The notes beneath the pieces were generated by a model. That model did no database searches. It was not told the DNA's origin and saw only the letters and a program-made list of their open reading frames with translations. A DNA stretch of 64,000 nt. Source: Schizochytrium sp. TIO01. Lineage: Eukaryota > Protista > Bigyra: Labyrinthulomycetes. The position numbers and the translations under genes are program-made. The stretch spans positions 8,030,483-8,094,482 of the forward strand of contig SMSO01000032.1 of assembly GCA_004764695.1 (NCBI GenBank). The letters run 5' to 3'. Shown piece by piece: positions 12,301-24,000 of the stretch; positions within the stretch are counted from its first letter, which is position 1, and every line of letters starts with the position of its first letter.

Positions 12301-14544
12301 AACTTTCGGCAGAAGGGAAAAGCAGGAAAGCCACGAAAAGAGAACCTCCTCGGTGTCGAAGACGATTTCGACTGCCTGAAAACGAACCTCAAACTTCCTG
12401 TTTCACACAGGACCAAAGAAAACAAACAATTTACTTTAGCAGGGCCCCTCCACGACGAAGACGCCATCCTCATGTTCTTTCTTGCCATCGATCGATCACC
12501 ACGATCATCATTGTTATCGTCATCGTCGCTATTCCATCGTCTCTCGTGCCGCCCTTCAACTGGCCTCGCGTAAATCCATGCTTTCCCTCATTCCACAAGC
12601 TGGCGCTGGTGAGTCTTTCTTTTCTTCGTGGCTCCTGCGGACTTCACCTGTGGACTTCTTGAGGTTGTTCTGCGGTGTCTCCAACTCGCTGATGGGCCGT
12701 TGAGGCCTGTCTTTGCGCGTCGTGTCATTTGATTCATTCATGGCGGCCTGCCTCCACTTTCTCGATGAGCAGAACAGAAAGAAGTACGTAGAACCATCCC
12801 TTGTGCTCTGAGTCGCTGACTCCACGTTCAATAGTTGAACTTGTTCGCGATCACCACAACCAAATGCCACACGATCGTGCCTTTTCTCGAGCAGGTCCGG
12901 ACCGCTGTGGGTCAGGTATTCTGCCAAAGAACTCCAATTGCTTTCGAGGCACGCATGCCAAGCTGTCTGTCTATGGCATGGCGATAGAGAATATGGTGGC
13001 CTGGACTGAGATGTTCTATCTATGTTGCGCGTGCCGACCCTTCACAAGTTAAGTTGGTGAACAGCTTTGTGCCGCTGAGCCATCCGGGCTCCAGGCTTCT
13101 TCTGTCTTCGTCCTGTCTGTCTGAACGTCGAAAACGATCTTGCTAAATTCGCTTTCCCTGCAACGTTAACGTCCAACTCGCTCGCTCGGCGTCTTCCGCT
13201 CTTCAAGGCCACCATAAGTTACGTAGCTGCGCAAACCATGGCTGGGTACGAAGCGAGATGAGTGAGTGATACTGTGCAAGGCTTAGGAGCTAACTTCAAG
13301 CTAATTGTCCCCGTTTCCCCACGCGTTCATCGCACGCATCCACTCACTCGCTCACTCACTCCTCAAGGTTTCGTGAGCTTGACAAGTTGGTGGAATGAGC
13401 GAATGAGTGGCCAGCTCGATAGCTCTCTCACTCACCCAATAAATCACTCGCTCGTCTCGGGTGTCTTCCCAAGTTCTTCGACTTCTTCTGGTTTTGTTTC
13501 ACGTTCATTTTCCCAGAAGAGTGGAGGGAGGCCCAATCGAAGTTCGACACGGAGTCCAGCTCGCCTGAATGAGCCTGAAAGAAGAAGCTTCAAGCGAGTC
13601 GAGCTTCAAGATGAGCCCGAGCCTGCACGCAGCGAGGGGTGGCTCGCCTGCTGTAGAGAACGCACGTGGTACGTGCCACCCAAGCCAGCTTAACTTGGGC
13701 TTGAATCAGTCAGAGGGTGCCGTGGTCTCGCAGAAGAAGCTCTGGCGACATGCAACGCGCTCGCGAAACCGCACGCGCGGCGCCTCCACCACACAAGTTA
13801 GCTAGCTAGCTAGCTCGCTTGAATTCGAGCTCGAGCTTGAAGTTCAACTCTCGAAACTCCAGCGATCTTCACAAACCCCGGCGGCAGATCTTCGTGTGCG
13901 CAGCTCGACCGGGAGGCCACGAAGCCTCCTCGAGACGTCCAGCCTGCAGGCGGTCTTTGCACAGCTGGAGTCCACCGGCAGGCAGCATTCTTCGCTTTCT
14001 GCCTGAGCAAGCAATCAATCCTTGTGCATTGTGACCTCCAAGAAATCCTCACGGACGAGGCTTGATGGTTGAATTCAAACCCGGCCTGCTGGTACGAGCC
14101 ACGCTCTGCGACCCGCTTTGTGAACCCTCCGCCGGCGATGCGCTCGTCTCAGAGCAGCGACGCTCCAAAGGCGAACTTGAAGATTTGGGTTCTTGAGCTC
14201 TTGAAACTTCGAATTTCTGCCTCGAGCAATTTGAATGAATGAACGAATGAATACCTGCCGCCTCCGCTCGTGTCCTCTCTCCAGGGAGGGCAGAAACTGC
14301 GGCTGCAGGCAGGCAGCAGGCGGTCCGCGTCTGGCACGAACGCGCCCGCCAAGGCCGGGCTTCGCGTGCCGCCATCTGCGTGCTCGCAAGCGCTCCGCTC
14401 ATGCACACGCCGGGCTCTTCATTCCGCTTTGGAGCACATAATCAGTACAACCAAAACCGTCCAAAAGCACACTTGGCAATTGTTCCTTAAGCATACATAG
14501 ATAACACAATGCAATGGAGTGGTTCCAATAGAGAGGCTGATTCC

Positions 14545-14835
14545 ATTTATTCATTCATTCATTCATTCATTCATTCATTCATTCATTCATTCATTCATTC
14601 ATTTATATATTTATTATATATATTATCTAATTAATTAATTAATTAATATCTATTTATTTAATTATTCATTCATTTATTCATTCATTATTCATTCATTCAT
14701 TCATTCATTCATTCATTCATTCATTCATTCATTCATGCATTCATTCATTCATTTATATTATATTATATATATTTATCAAATTAATTAATTAATTAATTAA
14801 TTATTATTTATCTATTTATTTAATTATTCATTCAG
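14545..14835. repeat. Compound (ATTC)n/(TTAA)n block duplicated in tandem (about 150-bp unit x2)
   Basis: The order (attc)n - atttatat...tatatat - (taat)n - tatctatttatttaattattcattca occurs twice in succession. Confidence 0.85.
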
Positions 14836-17169
14836 TCAAACAAACAATGACTTTAACTGATCAGACTTTATTTTTCAAGCGGAGTCAAATGGTCATAGGA
14901 GAGATAGATAGATAGATAGATAGAAGGACAAAACTGAATCAACGATTCAATACCACAAGCAACAAAAATGAATGAGTGAGGGTAGGACCTCCTATTTGTT
15001 TCGTTTAATTGGTGCTTTCCCCCCCTTCTTTGAAAAGGTTATTGCCGGGGAGACCGAAAACAGCTGGGCAAAGAAGAGCACTCATTCACAGGTTGCGAGG
15101 TGGCAGGAAAGCTGGCTGCAGAGCTCGACAAGTCGGGGAAAAGCAAGGCTGGAGACGCTACTTTGTGCTACGATTTGGACTTCAACAGAGGTGCCGCCTT
15201 CACTTCTGAGCGTTATCTGTGTCGATGATTGAGTGGAGCGTTCAATACAGTTCTTTATGAAAGCTTGATTTTAAAAGGTTGTTTTTGTGTGTGTTTAAAG
15301 TAAAAGAGTTGAAATAAAACGTGAAGGTAAGTACTGGGCTACCGGCTAATAATGCGATCTTCATCTGCGTTTTTTTTTTGTCTAAACTTGATTTCAAGGC
15401 GAAATAAAATGAAACGTTGGATACTCCTTGAGAAGCTTCGGTGAAGCGTAGAGAAGAACGAATGATTACTCACCAAATAAATTATTCGCTCATTCAGAAA
15501 CAAACACATGACGGCCCCGATCAACAGATTGCTAAATAGGTTTAGAGTAGCCAAAAAGAAAAAAGAGGTATCTGTTAAATTTAGTTTTAAGTTTTAATAA
15601 ATAAATAGATAAATAAATAAATCATATGTTGACACGAAAGTTTATTTCTTTATTTGAAGTTAAATTAAACGAAGACCGAACAAACAGTCAAATTTACTCT
15701 TCCTCGCGTTGAATTAATATTTATCAGAAGGAGCCTACATGTGTTTAAATGAAACTGAGCAATCTAAACAAAACAGAGTACAACTCTTTTCCCCACAAAG
15801 CTAGCCTACTTTCATTTATTAAAAGAATCTCCAACTCCACATGTATCGCTTCTTTAAAAAAAAACTCTTAATAAAACAATGCAGCTGCACCTAACTTCTT
15901 TTGTTTGCATTTAAAAATCAATCAATCAATCAATCAATCTTTAAAAAAACATAACCATTCTAATTTATTGCTTTCCCTTTCGTTAGCTGCTGTTCTTCTT
16001 CTTGTGAGGACAGCGCCAATTCACTCAGTAGCTGATTGGTGACTTGAACGCTAGTACTCACCAGATACCCCCTCTCTCGTCCGCCTTCTGACTGAGATAG
16101 CAGCATCTGCGCGCTGGCTTCAGGGCACAGTACGAGCTCTTGTCGGGGTGCGATCGACTCGATGTGTATCTTCGGATCGGACCTCTGACCCGACTTCCAT
16201 TTGTGCACGCCGCAATGCTCTTCTTTTAAAGTGCCTTTTATGATGAAATGTAGATAGAACATTCAACGATCTGGAATAAATAATGTCTCCGGTACGATGG
16301 CGTGTGCTTATGAATATAGGCGCACCTGCTTATTTGTTTGTAGACGAGGAAGAAGATATCGATATCTTCATTGGCACAGCAGAAGCATCGAGACAACTGG
16401 ACCTCATACGAGGGAGAGAACTTTAGATAGAAGACGATCTTTAGTAGCGCAGTTCTCGTCGATAGTTGGGGCTGCAGAATCTGTGCGTGAACAGCGCGTC
16501 ACAAGATATCTATTTTCTGGATCAGGAGATCAGCTATCCATAATAGCGACGAGAAGATATCTACATTTTTCAAGAGTCCCTATGATTTGCCCACACCGCT
16601 CTAGTTATAATTGTTGGCTCAAAACATACATCTTTAACACGTAGTTTTAGAAGGCTCACTTGGTCCTTGAGAATCTCAAGCCTTTGAAGAAACTAATCGC
16701 TCAATCGCTGAGCACGATGTTTTCCCTTTGTTGTAAACGTTATTTCAAATCAAAATCTTCTATAATGATCCTTTCCCTCTCTAACGCAAAAAATGCTAAA
16801 GAGCTCCAAAGAAACCCCTTTCAAAAGACTAAAGCCTCCTATGGATGATACAAATTAATAACGTTTTAAAAATTGAATAAATATTTTTATGGAACATCAT
16901 CATCGCCAAACAAAAGCAGAGAGAACGCGCTTTCGCAGAAGAGGCTGATCGAGCGAGGCGTGTTGCAGCTGTTTCCTTCGCTGCGCCTGTGATGCGGCTT
17001 CGAGGCGGTGCTGAAAACCGGCGCCGACATTGAGTCTCGCGTGGCCCTTCTCCGGCGATTCGTAGCCCTTTCCGAGACGCCCGTGAAGGCGGAGCTCGCA
17101 ACGCTGTGAGCGATCTGCTGCGTTCCCAGGTCTCTGTTTTTAACTCTTCCATCTCTTGCCTCTCCTTCA

Positions 17170-17281
17170 TTCTTCTCTTTTCTTCTTCTTTCTTTTCTTC
17201 TTCTTTCTTTTACTCTTCTCTCTTTTCTTCTTTTTTCTTTTATTCTTCTCTCTTTTCTTCTTTTTTCTTTTATTCTTCTTT
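17170..17281. repeat. 30-bp pyrimidine-rich minisatellite, about 3.5 copies
   Basis: The unit ttttattcttctctcttttcttcttttttc is repeated; it produces the spurious KERRIKEKRR ORF. Confidence 0.85.
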
Positions 17282-17932
17282 CTGGAAAGGGAGAGGCAAT
17301 TATATCCAAGATAAAGATTTATTAGTAGTAGACACTAGGGAATGCATAATTTAAAGAAAATGAACATGGTGGCATGTCTTAGAGCAGACAGAGGAAATTA
17401 ATAAGTTTATAAAGCAGAGAGAAAGACAGAAAGAACGAAACAAAAGAGAAAGAGCTGCGCAAACAAGATGGAGATCCATCATCGCCGATCAGCATTGAAA
17501 GAAGGGTCTGCCGATGTATTATTGATGTATTGATGTATTGATTGATGTATTGATTGATTGACTCGTGAAAAGGACAAACTGCAGATTGACGCTTCTGTTA
17601 CCGTGTGTCTCTTCGTTAGTTCGGGTAGGGGAGCAGGGTGCGAGGCCCGCGCCGCACGCGCCTGAGGCATCCCTGCTGCCCAGATCAGCCCCTGCACCCC
17701 TTCAGAGAACTTCTTTCCCTGCTGCACCTCCGCAGCCAATCAAAGGGCGATGGAAGAAAAGCATTTGATTGCAGGAAAATTATTTGGTCAAAAAGAGAGG
17801 AAAAGAAAGCTGGAGGAGGTGAGAATAAAGAGGAATTACAGCAAGCAAGAGAGAAAAGAAAGAAAAGAAGCCAAGAGAAAGGAATTGGCTGACTAAATAA
17901 GAAGGCCAAGGCCAGTCGTCGTGAGTCTGCAC

Positions 17933-18012
17933 TTTGTTTGTTTGTTTGTTTGTTTGTTTGTTTGTTTGTTTGTTTGTTTGTTTGTTTGTTTGTTTGTTTG
18001 TTTGTTTGTTTG
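17933..18012. repeat. (TTTG)20 microsatellite
   Basis: Perfect run seen directly. Confidence 0.97.
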
Positions 18013-21000
18013 TATCTGAACGAAAGAAAGAACCTGCCTGCTTTGCTGGAGTATGTTTGTAAAGGAAATGGACTAGTTAAGCTTGAATACCTTTAGGAAA
18101 GGCACCAGTATTTAAAAAACAATATTTGTTAAAAGAAATTCAAGTTTTATTGTGAAGAAAGGTTCCTTTCTCTTTTTTTTTTTTTTTTTTTTTTTAAATG
18201 TATATAATATATTTAAAAAATAAGTAATCTGATTGCACATCAGAGATTCTTTTTAAAAATGATTTCATATTAAATAAATATCTACAAAGAGTAGACTATT
18301 GATTCAACAGAGGGAATAGCGACTGCCAAAAGGGCTCAGCATACGAAGACCGAGTGCATCATTTTTTATAGCCTGTCACTGTTTGGATGAACCTGAAAGA
18401 GTAAAGGAGCAAAGAATTGTCAGAAGTCTTAATTATGAAAGCATATGGAATTAGTTAAATTTTATTCAGAGAAACAGTCAGTTTTTGCCAGCCAGACAAA
18501 CAGCCGCCAGGACCTTCTTCTGCGTTAGGCTTTAGACCATTCAGATAAGTGCTCGACTTTCAAAGAAGGAATAGTGAGTAGAGTAAAAAGATTTGCTTCT
18601 CTTATGAGCTGGTTACATTGGCAACAAAAAGGGAAAAGTGTCGGTGGGACACACATGTTAGTGTTATTACGAGCGGATCGACCAAACGAAAATTGGTCAG
18701 CTTTGTCTAAACTACCCTTCTGTGTATTAAAGAAGAATTGATGTTTTGACCAGAATCAATAAAGTATTCTTATTTCTATTACTAACATGCGATGAGTTTA
18801 TGTAGTCAGCACTTTAAGAATGGAGTGTGCCATCAACATCTGGCTTTTATTTCTCAATCTTCACTTGAAATAAGGCAATCAAAAGTAAATTGGTTTGTTG
18901 GATAACCCAGAATCTTTCATTGGAACTTTAAAGCGAGACTCTCCTCAAGTGATTTATACTTCTCGTGTGTGAGTTTTCCACTTGGATAGAAACCTGTTGT
19001 ATCATATTTGGCAAGTCAACGCAGGACTTCAAGTTTATTGCAAATGCCAAAAATGAGCACTAGTTTATATGTTTAATTTGCAAATGGCACTTCAATCCTT
19101 AATGCAGAATTTCAAGTTTTAATCAAGCCTTCTTTCTTATCGTAGTATTTCAGAAATTTAAAAAATGATGTTTTGCATTCCCAGAATATCAGTCAACTCG
19201 ATTCAATTCAGTTCCAATGCTTGGCCATTCTTCCTTGCTCGTTTTAATTCATAAATTGAATGTTGTTTGTGTAAGTCAGTTTTTTGGTGGGCAGGGCCAA
19301 TCAAATACCGTTTCGATATGAAATGAATCAGCCATATTTGTGTAACACTTCGTCACCCACAAGAATCTCTATAATACTAGAAGTAACGAATTAGGCTATT
19401 TTAGACACGCCGCCAGCGAAGATAATGCCAGCGTCAGTATTGGTATTTTATGTACGTACCAAACGCATCACAAAAGCTCGAGTTAATACTGGCTGTTGCC
19501 AAGGCTTTGCGATTGTGCTGGTCTTCGGGCATTAAAAAAAAAAACATTTGATCTTTGGGCTGTAACAACTTTCTAATAGCATTGTTTACACTATTCCAGG
19601 GGTTATTTAGCTCCAGCAAAACGTCGCTGCAATAATTTCAGACTCTCACACACGATCAATCCATACATAATTCGCCAACTATGGTAGTTTTGAAGATTTA
19701 AGGAATCTGGACAACCTCTCGGTTGCCTGAAAAAGAGCGAGCCTAGTCACCATCGCGGCTTTGGTTGTTTCGTGGTCCTCTGATGAATGCTCTCTCGGTT
19801 CGTCTGAATAGGACTCCTAATGCTTTCGAAATATTGAGAAGAACAACGGCCACGCACTCGAATGCACAGGCCAACAGCAGGACGCCTTCTTCGCGTCTCC
19901 TCTCGGGAAGACAGCCAAGGGACGGTTAGTAAAGTGTCTCCATCCATCTCTCAGAGTGAACTAACTGAAAACGGGCGATCAAAGAAAATGAGTGACGGAT
20001 GAATTGCTTCGAAGTTGTAAGAACTCTGACATTCCTGGAGAGAACGATAGTGCGAAGATTGATGAACTTATTAACTAACAAACAGCGTCGCAAAGTATTT
20101 TTACTAAATGCTACATGATGAGATACAAGAAAACCATTTTTTAAAACTAGTTCAACCGCTTTAGTTTTGAGAGATGAGGAAAAGTATCTAGGTACAAACA
20201 AACTATAAAATAATTTTGATTTATGTGCTACCTGGGTAGCTAAAATGAACAGCACTAGCTGTTTTGGTTCTTATTTCCCCCTTTTACATTGATTGAGGGT
20301 ACTTACCGCAATCAGAGTTTCTTTTTGTTTTGTTTTTTTCACTTCTCCCTAAAGAGTTAAAAGAGTTACAGCTACCAACTCCCTCATACCTCCAGAAGAG
20401 GTGAGGTTGTTTTTCGTACAAATAAATCTCTAACAAAACCTGTTTTCATGTTATTTCCATTAACTTTAAGAGTATATAATATTTATTTTAAAAAGTCTTT
20501 AAAACCATTTGTTATCAAAACATGAATAAAATCACATCGAAGACCAGTTCCACCAACATGTTATTTAAAAAAACTTAAGCAAATTTTGTTTTTCTAGTTT
20601 CCCCAATGAATAACAAATTCCTAGAACAGATTGGGATTTTCCCCAAACGTTGCTCCGCTTAGGTGCTTTCACGACTGCCAAAAGAAAGAAGACTACCAAG
20701 AACCTTTAATCCTCACTAGCCGGGTCTTAGACCGCTGGTCTCTTTCAAAATTTTGTTCCTGTTCTTCTTCCTGTTCCGCTTCGCACAGTGATGCCTTGGA
20801 GCCACAGTGCGCGCAGTTTAATTTACTTTCTTCTTGTTACAAAGTACCTGAATTAAAACCAAATACAAACCAGATGGTTAACAATTATCGTGAGATTCCG
20901 AGTCCTCAAAAGCTGGCCTGCAGCGGCTGTAGCTTGAATCATCCTCAACTAGCTTCAACAAACTCCGCAAATCAGCTTCCAGCCGGAAGATCAGCATCCC

Positions 21001-24000
21001 CAGAGCCGCAGATTTGCTTGCTTGCGCTGGCGCTTCGCTTCTTCTCGTAGCCTCCGCGAGACGTGGGACCGGCGCTTATTGGGCTCGATTATGCAGCCAC
21101 TGAGCTGGCTGCTCTGCTTCTGCATGAATAAATAAATGCATGGGTAGATGAACCAGTGGATGAATGAATTTATTAGAAGGACTTTGTTTGGATAGATAGA
21201 TAGATAGATAGATAGAATAGTTCATCCATTCATTCGTTAATTCAATCGATCGATGGGCCCATGAATGAACTGATGAACAATCGGACGAAGCAAGTGCATG
21301 AGGGAAAGGAGTCTCATGGAATATTATGGACGAACAAACTCGTGCCGACAGTGTCTCGCGCAGACCCGTGGGACTTTCCAGAAATGAAAACTTTACACCT
21401 TTTAGTGGTGTATTTAATGGTGCCTTAGGTGGGCTTAGGCTGTTGTGCTTTGTCGGTTTTGATTGGAGAACAGGTGTGTTGAGGTATAAACACGGATAAG
21501 CAGAGATCATTCGACTCTTTGGTCCAGGAAGGAAGGACTTTGAGGAACAGAGCGTCAGAAAGAGAAGTTCTTTTTTGAAAAGAAATCGGAGAAAGCTTGA
21601 CTTTAGTATACTTACTTCTGTTGAACGTGAACAAGCACTGACTGGTTTTAAAGAGTGCAATGATTCGAATTAGCAAATTTAGTCGCAGTATTGCAGGTCC
21701 GTGGAGTCCCCAGGAAAGGCGTAGATACTATCAAGCAAAGAATGAGCAATATGGCAATTGGCAATTCCGCTAAATGAAGCCAGTCACTTCTATTTTATTT
21801 ATTTAGATAAGTTGAAAACTTACGAAGACATTCGTCAGTGAAACTATATATGAACCATTCAATCAAATAAATTATTGAATCGACGGTATATGCTTTGTTC
21901 ATAAAAATACAAGACTTGCTACGCAGCGCCAATGAATCAGTTGGTATTGTTACAGGGTTTGTGTATGCAAGCTATCAACTCACTGTTCGACTTTTGGGAT
22001 CTCGAACGGAGTCAACATTCTTCGCATATCAGTAGAAACGCTACAAAGACCTTTTAGACACTAGACAACTCACATAGGTGGATATACCACCAGAATTCAA
22101 TCGCAAAACAAATCATCTCGTAAGAAACTAGTTTCTTGAAACCCCGACTTTTTTTTTTCAAGTATATTAATCAAAGAAACCCAGCAGCCAGGTTATAAAC
22201 ATTAGCGAAAAACTGTCCAGAGAAACGCAACCTTTTGACGCTTAAGTAATGAGGAGCCTTCTTTCATCGCCCTCATTCGGCTCTTGTGCGCACGCACGTC
22301 TGCTGCTGAAGTTTCTATTGCGCATCACATCAACTTTTTTTCAAGAATCTAACAACTTCTGCAAATGGTAACGGTCTATCATTCGTGCTCCTCAAGGAGC
22401 CCATGCTTACGGAACAGCCTCCTCTTATTAGGTAAGTAATTAATTAAGTAATTAAATAGATCAATCAATAACATACACAAACAAACAAACAACTATGCAA
22501 CACTGAGGCTGAAACCCCTCAGAGGAAATAGAAGAATGAGAGCCCCGAAGGCGGTAAAAGAAGCACGTCTGTTCTAAGATTCTGCGAGTCTTGCTTTCAA
22601 ACCGCACAATAGACATTCTCTTACATTATTACAGTGTCTCGCACTCAAACTGCCTCCACCTACCACCTCCCTCCACACTGACCAGTCTTGTACCCTCATA
22701 ACTCGCTCCAAAGAAAGAATCGCACCAACAAAAGAACCAGACTTGAATTTTCCAAGTCTCTTCTCCGCCATCGAAAATCATCCTTGTGTTTCTATCAAAA
22801 GAATCATTGCTTATTAACATATATGGATATATATATGTAATATTGAAAGATAAACGACCTTACCGCACCGGCACAGCTCGAGATCTTTTTTCCCTCTCCG
22901 TTTTATTATTATTATTAATTTTTAAAAGAAATATTTTTATTTAATTAACAAAAAACCTTACTACCTGGTACCTTTCACCTAGCGTTTAAGTACCCACAGC
23001 ACTAGCAGCACCCAAAGTATCGCCTTCAATTCTTTTTCAAGCCTACTTCTCAGGATCAGTGAGACGAGAACGGAGCTATTCAAGCACAGTACCACCACCT
23101 ATGAATAGGTGCCAGAGAGGAGGAAGAGCAGGTCGCGTGCTTCTTCAGCCACCCGACCCAGTGTAGGGAGAGCAGCCCAAGAGCGTCATACGCTGTGTCT
23201 GTTGATCAAAGCAGCGGCCCCGGCACCGGTTTGCCTGCCTCTTGCTCGCGCACTGTGGGGCGACGAAATGTCCGCCAAGGGACAGAACTAGGAAGTCTCT
23301 AAGCAATGTGGTGTGGAGAGACCGTGAGTCCGGAGCTCCTGTGGTCTGGTCTTATGATCTCGGGCTCACGCGGAAGGCAAGTTTTTGAAGCGAGAATCCC
23401 CTGAAAGATGGTTGAAGCGAGTCGGCGCGACTGCGAAGAAGGCGGACGAAGGCGCAGACTGCGTTAGATTTGGCGGTTGACGTGGAACAACTGCGGCCAA
23501 ATCTCGTTTTCATCGAAAGGGGGAAGAAAGACAGAAACGGAAGGTCTGCTGCCCTCGATCCTAGGACTGGAGGTGATCGTACTTGTTTTCTATTTTGTTT
23601 TTACAATTGATGATGTAAGTAATTTTAAAAAGGGAAAAGAAAAGAAAGAAAATCTACAAAGCGCTGACTTGCTAACATGCTGTGTGAGTGAGTGGGTGTG
23701 TGAAAGAGAGAAGAGTGTGCGGCGGTTGATAATTTTGTTACTCCTTTCCGCCTTTGGCGAAAGGATCATCTACTTCCTCTCTTTGCGCTTAATTCCTCCT
23801 CCTAACCTAAAGAACAGGAGGCCACATTAAAGATCGCTGATACAGGCTACGCCGATCTAAAGTAAAGAAAGCAACATGGTTAATAAATCCCTCACGGAGG
23901 CCCAGAGAAGACTCTTTTAAGGGCTCGAGAAAGACTCGCACGCGGGTCTCCTTTTATACTCATCACTCACTCACTCTCTCTCTCTCTCTCTCTCTCACTC

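Noticed and set aside
12880-12970. Ankyrin-like fragment on the minus strand (QTAWHACLESNWSSLAEYLTHSGPDL)
   Set aside because: A single weak repeat with no neighbouring repeats or gene structure; compatible with chance.
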